Source of the DNA: Methanobacteriota archaeon
GTDB taxonomy: Archaea; Thermoplasmatota; Poseidoniia; Poseidoniales; Poseidoniaceae
DNA: 64,000 nt
Assembly (NCBI GenBank): GCA_002729095.1
Contig: PBWC01000045.1
Location: forward strand, 108,778 to 172,777
Direction: 5' to 3'
Of this stretch, positions 32,734-42,228 are shown one piece after another (position 1 is the stretch's first letter; each line of letters opens with the position of its first letter). The notes under the pieces were generated by a model that worked only from the letters and a program-made list of their open reading frames with translations, was not told the origin of the DNA and did not search any database. Made by a program: the position numbers and the translations under genes.

Positions 32734-34091
32734 TAATGTACCTCATTTCTATTGAAGGCGGAGATGGTTCCGGTAAAGGTGAGGCTGCCAGAATAATCTT
32801 AGAACTAGTCAATGATTATCCATTCCCTCAAGTTTATTCAACCCATGAACCTAGACGACATAGTGAATTGGGTAAATTAGCCTTAGATTCTGTTCAGACA
32901 GGTGATAAAACCCCACTTCAAGAGGCCGGTTTGTTTGCTGCGGATAGATTAGATCATTCTCATACTTGGATAAAGCCACTATTAGAAAAAGGAAATATTG
33001 TGATATCAGATCGAAACATACACTCATCTTTAATCTACCAAGGAATTGTAGGAGATCTGGGATTAGAGCAAGTTTGTAAAATGAATGCTGCAGCAATGAT
33101 ACCCGATTTAGTTATTTGGATTGATTGTGACCCTGAAAAAGCGATAAAACGAATTCAATCAGGCACTCTCCGAATGACTAGTGAAAAACAAGAATATTTT
33201 GAAACAACTGATATTCAAAAGAAAATCCGTAAAGGATTCAATGACCTTCTATCTGGTAAGATTAGAGTTCCTGAACCTTTTGATAAATGCTGTGTGGTAG
33301 GACCAATACTCAATGAAGGTGGGCTAGATGAATTAAGAAGAAAATTGAGGGATGAATTACGCTCTTTTTTCAATAGAAAACCCGCACCTCTAAATGTTGA
33401 CTCCGACCAAGTAGATAGATACTTACTTAACAGCCTAGTTAAAGATGTGAAGAAACAAACTCGCCTACCTGGTGCTCCTGAAATGAAAACTGCAATTCAT
33501 ATTGGGTGGTTATCTGGAAAAAGTCCCAGTGAATGGATGAAACTAGGAGAAGATTTGTGGCCGAAAGATACTGCGAAAGAATTTGATGTTCCTGCTACGT
33601 CTTATTCTCAATCATGCTGGTCAATTCTAGGGACCCTATCACTAATAGTTGGCTCCACTGAAGTGCCTAGGTTACACAAATCATTAGGCCCCCACAGGAT
33701 GGTAACACAAAGACACACGCAGCGCTTAGTAAAATGGCTTGAACACGAACGATGGATTCACAAACAACAATCACATGTTCCATTCTCTGAGGCTAAGGTT
33801 TTCAAGTTAAGGGATGAAAAATTGGGATATGGAAGATTGGCTTTAGCTATGTGGCCTCTAAGATCTTCTCTCGCATCGTGGAGAAGAAGCAATCCAAACT
33901 CAAAATGGGAAGATTCTCTACCTGAAATTTTGTTACACGGTACCGGAAAAAATCCGCCGATGACGATAAGGAGGTCGGTAAATAATATTCTCAAGCGCTT
34001 GGAAATGTTGACTAGTGGACATGAGAATTGTCCAACACCAAAAAATGCTGATGAGTTAATAATATGGTGGAAAACTAAGCCTCCAAAATAA
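32730..34091 (+). CDS. thymidylate kinase-like protein with atypical P-loop and 250-aa C-terminal extension
   Basis: N-terminal 200 aa are Tmk-like (ISIEGGDGSGKG P-loop, FAADRLDH = DRY/DRH motif, lid region). The P-loop reads GKG-E instead of GK(S/T)T. Residues ~205-453 have no recognisable domain. Start overlaps the upstream stop (ATGA). Confidence 0.55.
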   Translation: MIMYLISIEGGDGSGKGEAARIILELVNDYPFPQVYSTHEPRRHSELGKLALDSVQTGDKTPLQEAGLFAADRLDHSHTWIKPLLEKGNIVISDRNIHSSLIYQGIVGDLGLEQVCKMNAAAMIPDLVIWIDCDPEKAIKRIQSGTLRMTSEKQEYFETTDIQKKIRKGFNDLLSGKIRVPEPFDKCCVVGPILNEGGLDELRRKLRDELRSFFNRKPAPLNVDSDQVDRYLLNSLVKDVKKQTRLPGAPEMKTAIHIGWLSGKSPSEWMKLGEDLWPKDTAKEFDVPATSYSQSCWSILGTLSLIVGSTEVPRLHKSLGPHRMVTQRHTQRLVKWLEHERWIHKQQSHVPFSEAKVFKLRDEKLGYGRLALAMWPLRSSLASWRRSNPNSKWEDSLPEILLHGTGKNPPMTIRRSVNNILKRLEMLTSGHENCPTPKNADELIIWWKTKPPK

Positions 34092-34847
34092 TTACTCTTC
34101 TTCGTTAACCAACTCAAATCTAAGTCCACTTGGTAAACGGACTTCTCCTGCTGACTTGAAAAATTTCGGCCTTGCTGAATATGTTGCTGCGATTAGAATA
34201 CCAAAACCAATCCCGAATGCAATTCCGGTAATAGGCCTCATCAAATTATTCGATTCATAAGATGTTAGTAGTTGAGTAAAACCATCAATTATCAGCGGAA
34301 GACAGAATAGTGTTCCAATCATAAGCCAAGTATATGTTCTGAAATTCTTTCGATAAATTTCCTCCAGCCAATGATCGGGGAATATGGATAGGCAGGTGTC
34401 TTTTATTGTCCACCGGTTGTATCCTCTTCGGGAGAATAGGAGACCCCCAACAGCAATTCCGAAGAACATGCCGATATCTCGAGTACAAACTGGCATCTGA
34501 TTACCATTAATCTCCCACGAACGCTCAGCTTTATTGTGACAATTAAAATCGCCAAATGCATAGATGAAGCCTGTATAAAGGTCCAGTTCTGACCACGCGA
34601 ACTTTTCTTCCTTACCATCATTACCAGAGGAATATAATCCATCCTGAGTCATATAATCTAGAGCATTTGCTCTAGCATCTAAATCAGGTACAAAGTCAGT
34701 TGGTAAGACCATTGGAGAAAAAAAGAATGATACAGTAAAGAACCCAAAAATTCCAAAAATCCACATTCCTACTTTTATCTCACGTGCCCTCTCATGTAGA
34801 CCGTTCTTCTGCACATTTTCCACCTTTTGAAAGACAGACTTAATCAT
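34092..34847 (-). CDS. polytopic membrane protein (DUF2085-like, conserved Cys pair)
   Basis: Six or more hydrophobic segments. CHNKAERSW...NQMPVCTRD Cys-containing loop. Confidence 0.35.
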   Translation of the reverse strand: MIKSVFQKVENVQKNGLHERAREIKVGMWIFGIFGFFTVSFFFSPMVLPTDFVPDLDARANALDYMTQDGLYSSGNDGKEEKFAWSELDLYTGFIYAFGDFNCHNKAERSWEINGNQMPVCTRDIGMFFGIAVGGLLFSRRGYNRWTIKDTCLSIFPDHWLEEIYRKNFRTYTWLMIGTLFCLPLIIDGFTQLLTSYESNNLMRPITGIAFGIGFGILIAATYSARPKFFKSAGEVRLPSGLRFELVNEEE

Positions 34848-34892
34848 TTTGTCAATAAAAGTCTTGATGAGTAATGGGGAATTGGTAAGCCT

Positions 34893-35528
34893 GTGTCAGA
34901 ACAGGAAGGCGAGCCAGTAGGCATATGGATGGGTCTGCAAGCTGGCGCTTTAATCGGCCTTTATGTCGGGTTTTCTCTGGCAACAATTTCGGTTTTAACC
35001 GATGCAGAAAAGATTAATCGCACCATATCTCTAATGTGTTTCCCACCATTTATTGGTTCTATTATATTAGGACCCTTCCTAGCAAAAAGAAGAAAACCAG
35101 TTAAATTAAGCAGAAAACCACTTGAAATGGCCAGAGAGATTCTTGAAGAATTCAATGAGGGACAAGGTAACTGGAGAGTTCTCAGTCACGTATCTAGTGA
35201 TGGGATGAACATCAGAATAGACATGCATAATCTAAAAAATATTGAGGGGGTTGTCGACGCAGCATTGATAATTGCTGAGCAAAGTACTGTCAAATTCATT
35301 GTAGGAAGGGGCACTTCTAAGAGCTCATCACCAGAGTTAAGAGAACGAGTATTAAACAGAGTAGAATCCAAAGTTAGTGTTCTTAGAAGAACTAGAAAAG
35401 CAAAATCTATTGAAGTAAAGCCTGAAACGAGTCATGAATACGATACATATCAAAATAAACTGAATAAAGTTCTATTCATTCTACTACCAATTGTTTCATT
35501 TTTAGCTTGGATAGAGATGAGAAATTGA
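34893..35528 (+). CDS. hypothetical membrane protein
   Basis: Two N-terminal TM helices, soluble central domain, C-terminal TM helix. No motifs. Confidence 0.3.
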   Translation: MSEQEGEPVGIWMGLQAGALIGLYVGFSLATISVLTDAEKINRTISLMCFPPFIGSIILGPFLAKRRKPVKLSRKPLEMAREILEEFNEGQGNWRVLSHVSSDGMNIRIDMHNLKNIEGVVDAALIIAEQSTVKFIVGRGTSKSSSPELRERVLNRVESKVSVLRRTRKAKSIEVKPETSHEYDTYQNKLNKVLFILLPIVSFLAWIEMRN

Positions 35529-35576
35529 GGAACATAATTCAACATATATTATGACCTAAGAACTAAAGCACTAACC

Positions 35577-36497
35577 ATGCGAGAAGTAACCTTGTTTTGG
35601 AAGAGGGCTAGGTTGCGAGAGTTAGATATCGCCGAAGTTCTTGATATTTTCAAGCATTTAGAATTTTTATCATACGTAAAACGTGTCCCTAAAGACGTAA
35701 GAATTATTGTAAAAGCAGATTTTGTTGAGGGTAAAACAATTGATGATATTGATGACTTATATTTCTTAGAACTTATTGAGGTTATTTTAGAGCCAATAGG
35801 CAACAATAACAGTTACATTTTGTTGGTTAAATTAAACCATTCACTATCAAATATTAATGCACGTACTAATGGAACAAGTGCAATTCCTGGATGCAGATTG
35901 GATGGTGAAGGATTAACATATATTATTCAAGGTCCGCCGATGAAACTCAGGATAGTTACAACATTAGCACGAATTTTATCAAAACCAGATAGAACAAGTG
36001 CTAGAAGTTTAGATTTCAAACTTACATCGAGTAATTCTATTTTGAGCCCTAAACAACTCAAACTGGCCAAGTTCGCTTATGATAGAGGGTACTTTGATGT
36101 TCCAAAGAGAATCAGAGTTAGTGATTTAGCAGAACAAGTCGGCTTAGCCAGAGCCACAATTTCTGAACATTTATCACGTATTGAGGCCATAATTATGGAT
36201 GATATGTTTTCTTCTTATGATGAACCCTATGTTAGTCCAGAAACTATAAAGCTGATGCTAGAGACAATTGAATTAGATTCACAAGATGCTAATATTGACC
36301 AAAAGAAAGGCATGAAGAAGATGCTTGAAAATATTAGAGACAATATAAAAAATGAAATTGTTCCAAATATTCTGCATGATGATAAAGAAACAGACTTAAC
36401 TATGGATGAATTGGTTGAATACGGTATGCAAGAGCATAAAGAGAATATCAGCCAAATAGATCAAATTATGATAGAAAAATTCTCCTCATTAGAATAA
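35577..36497 (+). CDS. HTH_10 (Bat/bacterio-opsin activator-type) transcription regulator
   Basis: C-terminal LKLAKFAYDRGYFDVPKRIRVSDLAEQVGLARATISEHLSRIEAII is the archaeal HTH_10 DNA-binding signature. N-terminal ~170 aa are an unknown sensor-like domain. Confidence 0.55.
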   Translation: MREVTLFWKRARLRELDIAEVLDIFKHLEFLSYVKRVPKDVRIIVKADFVEGKTIDDIDDLYFLELIEVILEPIGNNNSYILLVKLNHSLSNINARTNGTSAIPGCRLDGEGLTYIIQGPPMKLRIVTTLARILSKPDRTSARSLDFKLTSSNSILSPKQLKLAKFAYDRGYFDVPKRIRVSDLAEQVGLARATISEHLSRIEAIIMDDMFSSYDEPYVSPETIKLMLETIELDSQDANIDQKKGMKKMLENIRDNIKNEIVPNILHDDKETDLTMDELVEYGMQEHKENISQIDQIMIEKFSSLE

Positions 36498-36539
36498 TCT
36501 TGTCGTATCATTTAGAAAGCACCCTGTGTTACCCCTAAC

Positions 36540-37505
36540 ATGACCCGAATCTCAGAACTACTGAAGAGACTGGTTGAGGGTGGAATTGAGGTAACTAATG
36601 AAATCAAAAAAGTAATGATTAATACAGAAATCGAATCATTTTCCGACTATGATTGTGATCCATTTTATTCTGATAGGCCAATTCCTTTTACTGAAACTGA
36701 AATTGGGGAAGTTAAAACCATTTCAGCACCTCACATGATTGTCACACTGTTACATAATATGGAACTTCTAGAAGGTCAAGAAGTGATAATTATCGGATCT
36801 AAAGGAGGTTATCTAGCCGCCTTAGTTGCTCAACTAATTGGTGAAAATGGAATTGTTAGAGTTCTAGATACCTGCTCAAATGTTATATCTCATTCTAAGC
36901 AGAGGCTTACTCACTGGCCTACAATTGAATTTAGAGAACTAGAATCAATAGAAGTATCACCCGTCGCCTTCCCTGGAGAATTTGATCGTGTTTTGGTCAC
37001 TGGTCACATTGAAGAGTTACCAAGTTGGATAACTGACAGAATTAGTGATACTGGATTTGTAATCGCACCTATTGGCCCAAATAATAATCAACATTTGATG
37101 AAAATAGAAAAGCAAGAGGATGAATTATTTCCAACCGATCTGGGTCCTGTTTGTTTTGGATCTTTGGAGAGTAGAAGGCATGGGAATCAATATGTTAGCC
37201 CTGTAGAACTTGCTGAATTATTAGAATTAGTAATTCATACATGTCAAGAATTAGACATTATTGAATTGGAAGAAATCAACCAATTGCAAGACATTATTGC
37301 TGAATTATATTTTTTACCTAATGACTTACCACCTGTTGGCGAAGGCGGAATTCCTATTTCCGAGCATCCAATGTTCAAATCATTGATTGAAAAATCTGAT
37401 TCTTTCATTAGATTTTGGCCAATATTACAAGTTATATTACATCCAATAATTCGACAAATAGGCTTTGAAAATTGGATTTTCGATGATTATGATAGTCTCG
37501 AATAA
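36540..37505 (+). CDS. protein-L-isoaspartate O-methyltransferase (PIMT)-like protein with degenerate SAM motif and C-terminal extension
   Basis: TISAPHMIVTLLHNMELLEGQEVIIIGSKGGYLAALVAQLIG parallels the PIMT TISAPHM...LDVGSGSGY block, but GSGSG is replaced by GSKGG. About 120 extra C-terminal residues. Confidence 0.5.
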   Translation: MTRISELLKRLVEGGIEVTNEIKKVMINTEIESFSDYDCDPFYSDRPIPFTETEIGEVKTISAPHMIVTLLHNMELLEGQEVIIIGSKGGYLAALVAQLIGENGIVRVLDTCSNVISHSKQRLTHWPTIEFRELESIEVSPVAFPGEFDRVLVTGHIEELPSWITDRISDTGFVIAPIGPNNNQHLMKIEKQEDELFPTDLGPVCFGSLESRRHGNQYVSPVELAELLELVIHTCQELDIIELEEINQLQDIIAELYFLPNDLPPVGEGGIPISEHPMFKSLIEKSDSFIRFWPILQVILHPIIRQIGFENWIFDDYDSLE

Positions 37506-37520
37506 ATCTGAGGTGATATA

Positions 37521-38507
37521 ATGGTTAAACCTTCGAACCAGTTCGTTCATCAATTAAATCACAAAGATATAAGTATCAGAAGAAAGGCAGTGCGTACTCT
37601 ATTTGAAATGGACGACCCGCAAAACCTTGAGGCTTTTCAATCATTACTCAGTGATAAAGAATCATGGTTTAGGTCTAAGGCACTAGAGGCTCATCGAATG
37701 TGGGCAAGCAAAAACGGAATTTCTTCTTTAGAATATTTAGCCAGACACAAAAGCATTGATGCCAAGAGATGTGCAGCAAATCTTCTCGAGGAATTTGATG
37801 AGGAAACAGTTGAAGTTGCTGAAATATTATTAAAACAAGACGACATGATATGTCAGATTAAAGCCGCTGAAGCATTAATTAAATTCGATAAAGATGGTAA
37901 ATACACGGAAAAATTCCTTTCATCTGAAAATGAAAAAATAATTTCGATTGCATTATCAAGTGAAAAAATCACCAAACAACAACTAATTGAATCTCTTGAA
38001 GGCAAATCGATTTATGTAAAAAATACAGCATTAAAAAAATTACAGAATTATGATTATGACTTAGATGATGAAATGTTGTTAAAATTAATTAAAGAAGGTG
38101 TTGAAGGTAAAGAAACGATTCCTTTTGCAATAAATAATTCAGGTAAATGTTTGATCGAAATCGCTAATTCCAAAGACTCAAAAATAATTAAAAAGTTAGT
38201 CTCAGAGTTAAAAAATAAATTTAATTCATTTGAAGAACCTGTTATTCAATTATTGATTGAAAATAATTGCCACATCGTTTTAGGCAGGTGGTTACAAGGC
38301 AGAAAAGATTCCCAAAGTGATGAACTTAGATGGCAAATAATAGAAAATGAAGAATTAGATGAAATTGAGAGATCTAGACTGCTTGAAAGGCTGATGGGGC
38401 GAATCAATGAAGAGGAAATAAAGGTCAAATCGAAACAACTATTCGAAACAACAAATAGTGAATTATTGAAGATTATAGCACATAACCTTTCAACTGCCGG
38501 CGATTAA
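37521..38507 (+). CDS. HEAT/PBS-lyase-type alpha-helical repeat protein
   Basis: Repeated ~30-aa units (IRRKAVRTLFEM..DP, WFRSKALEAH, KRCAANLL, ICQIKAAEALIKF) typical of HEAT-like repeats. Confidence 0.4.
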   Translation: MVKPSNQFVHQLNHKDISIRRKAVRTLFEMDDPQNLEAFQSLLSDKESWFRSKALEAHRMWASKNGISSLEYLARHKSIDAKRCAANLLEEFDEETVEVAEILLKQDDMICQIKAAEALIKFDKDGKYTEKFLSSENEKIISIALSSEKITKQQLIESLEGKSIYVKNTALKKLQNYDYDLDDEMLLKLIKEGVEGKETIPFAINNSGKCLIEIANSKDSKIIKKLVSELKNKFNSFEEPVIQLLIENNCHIVLGRWLQGRKDSQSDELRWQIIENEELDEIERSRLLERLMGRINEEEIKVKSKQLFETTNSELLKIIAHNLSTAGD

Positions 38508-38515
38508 AGCGCATT

Positions 38516-40369
38516 ATGCGAGACGGTTATTCGGGGATAAGTTTCCTTTTCGATGCCACTGAAGGTGAAACTAAACACTTACATGTTGGCTTGGAAATTG
38601 AAGGGCCATTTACTAAACCAAATTTGGTCTTAAGTTTTCCTAGGTGGGTACCCGGGTCTTATTTTCTTAGAGAACCAATACAGTATATGTTTGACTTCGA
38701 GGCTAAAAATGATAAAAATGAAATTCTAAAATCTGAAAGGAAGAATGTGGACTCAATGAAGATTTCATTAGGTCATAACACTGACTTAGTATCTATAAAA
38801 TACAAAATTATTGCTAGAGAATTATCGTGTCGCTCAACTCATCTCGATAATTCACACATTCACATGATGCCGCCATTCACTTGGTTTCTTCCAACTTCTG
38901 GAATTGATTCCGACAGAATGGAAATGACTCATAAAATAAAATCACATTTGCCTGAGGAATGGACACCAGCAACACAGTATCTTCAAACCTCAAAAAGTAA
39001 AAGTAAAGGTTTGCTTACTAACAACGCTGGAGACACTTATACATTTGAAGCACCTAATAGGGATGAACTGCTGGATGGAATAATAGAAGCAAATTCTAAC
39101 CCTACTCATTCCTGGGTTGTTGAAGGAAGAACTCATCATTTGAAAATTTGGGACAGCGGAGGATTTGTACCCAATTCTGATATGCTTGAAAAACTCAAAT
39201 TAGATATGAATAAAATTATTTGCGAACACCACGCACTATTCGGAATCCCTGCGTGGGATAATTACGTAACAGTGTTACATTTTACTGAAAAGTCTAGAGG
39301 TGGTTTAGAACACCTTAATTCACAAACTTCGATGCTACCAAGACAGTGCTTGATGCCTGGTTTTGTTGATGAATACAGGGATCTTGTAAGCTTGTTCAGC
39401 CATGAATATCTACATCAATGGAACGTAAAGAGACTTAGACCGAGGAATTTCATAAGTTATGACCTACAAAAAGAAGTCCATTCAGATTTATTATGGTGGT
39501 TCGAAGGCACCACTTCTTGGTTAGGTGACATACTTTGCGTAAGGTCAGGTGCTTGGAGTGAGGAAGATTGGAGGAAAGATTTCCTTCGAAAAATGAAGAG
39601 ACATACTTTGAGACATGGAATGGAAAAAGAATCCCTAGCAGAATCTAGCCATGATGCCTGGATTCACCTGTATAGGAGTCATTCATTTTCGCGGGAAACT
39701 CAAATTTCATACTATTTGGAAGGTGAATTGGCAATATTCTGTCTAGACGCCGAACTTAGAAAACGCTCTAATGGAGAATCTGGTGTGTGTGAGTTAATGT
39801 CTTTATTGTGTAAAAAGTACGCTATTGAATATCCTAATGTTGAAAGATTAGGTGTAAATTATAATGATATTAGATCTACACTAACTTCAATGAAAGGTGG
39901 TTTAAGACTGGGTAAATTACTAGATTCACTGGTTTTTGACAGAAAGGCTCCGGATGTGAAGAACGCTCTGCGATACTTTTCGCTAGAATTGGTTCCTGAA
40001 AAAACAGTCAAAGAGGATGATGAATCTCTAGGATGGTTAGGATTACAACTTCGTCAATCCAATAGACAAATTTTAGTCAGTTCACATCAACAAGATTCGC
40101 CTTTAAGAAATATAATAATGCCTGGAGATGAAATATTAGCAATTGATGGATTTAGGATGAATGATATTGGAGTTTTGAATAAATTCTTAAAGGGAATGGC
40201 TAATAAAAATTCAGAAATAACATACACGCATGAAGGTATAATCAAAAAATGTAATTTGGTACTGCCGAAATCGCCGCAAAGACTAGTAAAACTTGAAGGG
40301 AAAGGAAACAAAAAATGGTCGAAATACATCTCAACGAGACAAACTACTTCAAATCCTCAAGAAGAATAA
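38516..40369 (+). CDS. M1/M61-like gluzincin aminopeptidase with C-terminal PDZ domain
   Basis: HEYLHQWNVKRLRP (HExxH-x-W) plus a downstream Glu-containing block (WWFEGTTSW). The C-terminal ~90 aa look PDZ-like (LGLQLRQSNRQILVSSHQQDSPLRNIIMPGDEILAIDGFRMND). Confidence 0.5.
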   Translation: MRDGYSGISFLFDATEGETKHLHVGLEIEGPFTKPNLVLSFPRWVPGSYFLREPIQYMFDFEAKNDKNEILKSERKNVDSMKISLGHNTDLVSIKYKIIARELSCRSTHLDNSHIHMMPPFTWFLPTSGIDSDRMEMTHKIKSHLPEEWTPATQYLQTSKSKSKGLLTNNAGDTYTFEAPNRDELLDGIIEANSNPTHSWVVEGRTHHLKIWDSGGFVPNSDMLEKLKLDMNKIICEHHALFGIPAWDNYVTVLHFTEKSRGGLEHLNSQTSMLPRQCLMPGFVDEYRDLVSLFSHEYLHQWNVKRLRPRNFISYDLQKEVHSDLLWWFEGTTSWLGDILCVRSGAWSEEDWRKDFLRKMKRHTLRHGMEKESLAESSHDAWIHLYRSHSFSRETQISYYLEGELAIFCLDAELRKRSNGESGVCELMSLLCKKYAIEYPNVERLGVNYNDIRSTLTSMKGGLRLGKLLDSLVFDRKAPDVKNALRYFSLELVPEKTVKEDDESLGWLGLQLRQSNRQILVSSHQQDSPLRNIIMPGDEILAIDGFRMNDIGVLNKFLKGMANKNSEITYTHEGIIKKCNLVLPKSPQRLVKLEGKGNKKWSKYISTRQTTSNPQEE

Positions 40370-40793
40370 ATATTGGTGGTACATCATAAGAAAATATATG
40401 TCTACTAGTTTTTGCAGGATAAAGACTACTAGATAGACACATTTCTAGAACGTCATTTTTAGAAATGGAATGGAGATTAGAATTAGGCCACGTTTCGACA
40501 ATGATATTTTCATCTATGAGATAATCTACACAAATTGCTGGAACAGAGGTCAAGTTCATTATCTTTGCAACCGAAAAACGGTGATGACCATCTAATAATG
40601 AGCCTGTATTCTTATCTACAATCAAAGGCTTGGTAAAACCACCCCACTTTTCAGTCATTTGGAGTAACTTATCTCTTGCCTTTTCTTTAATTTCCTCATG
40701 GGGCTTTAACCACTCAAGAGGGACTAAAGTAACACAATCATCGCTCCACATATTCAATTCGAAGATGATTTGAAGAATAATGCTTTGGTGCAA
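40344..40793 (-). CDS. ParB/sulfiredoxin-superfamily (DGxxR) nuclease-domain protein
   Basis: 149 aa. VPLEWLKPHEE ... PLIVDKNTGSLLDGHHRFSVAKIM reproduces the ParB N-terminal domain core (the GxxR arginine finger, here DGHHR). The 3' end overlaps the convergent peptidase gene by ~26 nt. Confidence 0.45.
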   Translation of the reverse strand: MHQSIILQIIFELNMWSDDCVTLVPLEWLKPHEEIKEKARDKLLQMTEKWGGFTKPLIVDKNTGSLLDGHHRFSVAKIMNLTSVPAICVDYLIDENIIVETWPNSNLHSISKNDVLEMCLSSSLYPAKTSRHIFSYDVPPIFILLEDLK

Positions 40794-40822
40794 TTGATTG
40801 TAGCGAGACTGGAGGAGATAGT

Positions 40823-42178
40823 TTGAGGCATTTGATTAAAGGTCTAGAAGCGGATTTAACAGGCTTTAAATGCTCTTTCAAAACCAGAAAAATTCTTGAA
40901 AAATTACCTAATGATTTAATCGATATTTTGAATAAAATTGCTCAAAATAATGGTGGTGTTTGGATTGTTGGTGGAGCCGTGAGAGATTGGCTAATAGGTC
41001 ATACTCCAGAAGATATTGATCTGGCAGTAAACCTTACTCCCGAACAAATGTTAGAAATCTTTCCTGATGCAATCCTGACCGGTGAAAACTTTGGAACATT
41101 ATCATTGAGAGGTGAAAACTGCCTATATCAAGCAACTACACTTAGAACTGATGGGAATTACAACGATGGAAGAAGGCCTAATAATGTATTTTGGGGTAAT
41201 TCTCTAAAGAAAGATTTGGAAAGAAGGGACTTTACTGTCAATGCAATGGCGATAGATGTTGCCAGAGAACTTCTATATGACCCGCACAACGGCAGAAGTG
41301 ATATCTCTAGAGGTTTAATCAGAGCAGTAGGAAATGCTCATCAAAGGTTATCCGAAGATGGTTTAAGAATTATGAGAGCATTCAGGTTTTCTGATAGGAA
41401 AGAGGATGGTGTTTGGGAATTAGAGAATAGTTTGGAAGTTTCTATTTCCCAACTGAAACACATGTTGGATAACATTTCTAGAGAACGAATATTCATTGAG
41501 TGGAAGAGAATTCTATCTGGTCAAAGTTCTGGTATCGTTATTAAAAAAATGGCACTTATGGGGATATTAGACAGATTTTTAATCGGTAGGTGGGATAACA
41601 AATTTGCAATCTTTGAAGCGCTAGATAATAATCTATCACTTTTTGACGGATTAGAAAAGTTTTCTCTCATTTTATGTGAAAATACCATTCAAGAAGTTGA
41701 AACAATTTGTAAGGAATTAAAAATGTCAAAAATTGAAAGAAATAGGATAATTTCAATTCATAACAGATTTGGACATATTCCGAAATTGAATAAACATTCG
41801 ATTAGAAGATTTCGATTCGTTTTACAAGATTTTGCGATTAAACACCTTATGTTAGAAAAAATAATTATTGATTGTAAAATTTCAATCCGTGGAGAAGGAC
41901 TAACAAACCATAATTTGATTATTATAGATGAAATAATTGATGCAGTTAAAAATCTAGAAAAACAAAAAACCCAATCCGAGCCATTAGCTGATGGCAAATG
42001 GATAATGGTACAAACTGGACTACAAAAAGGAGAAAAACTAGGTAGGTTGAAGTCATGGCTTCATACAATACAAATCGAAAGAGATTTGTATGACATTTCC
42101 CAGATAGAAAAGGTTCTTTCCACGCTTTCATGGAACAATAGTGATTTCAAAAACTGGCCTGAATTGAAATTTCCATAG
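40823..42178 (+). CDS. class II (bacterial-type) tRNA nucleotidyltransferase/poly(A) polymerase family protein
   Basis: Head-domain signature GGAVRDWLIGHTPEDIDLAV ... FGTLSL ... ATTLRTDGNYNDGRRPNNV ... DLERRDFTVNAMAID is diagnostic for the PcnB/CCA class-II NTase family. No HD motif is evident in the C-terminal half. Confidence 0.7.
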   Translation: MRHLIKGLEADLTGFKCSFKTRKILEKLPNDLIDILNKIAQNNGGVWIVGGAVRDWLIGHTPEDIDLAVNLTPEQMLEIFPDAILTGENFGTLSLRGENCLYQATTLRTDGNYNDGRRPNNVFWGNSLKKDLERRDFTVNAMAIDVARELLYDPHNGRSDISRGLIRAVGNAHQRLSEDGLRIMRAFRFSDRKEDGVWELENSLEVSISQLKHMLDNISRERIFIEWKRILSGQSSGIVIKKMALMGILDRFLIGRWDNKFAIFEALDNNLSLFDGLEKFSLILCENTIQEVETICKELKMSKIERNRIISIHNRFGHIPKLNKHSIRRFRFVLQDFAIKHLMLEKIIIDCKISIRGEGLTNHNLIIIDEIIDAVKNLEKQKTQSEPLADGKWIMVQTGLQKGEKLGRLKSWLHTIQIERDLYDISQIEKVLSTLSWNNSDFKNWPELKFP

Positions 42179-42228
42179 TTGCAGTAATTTGAATAATTAG
42201 TGTCTTTACGACAATATGAGGGGCGGAA

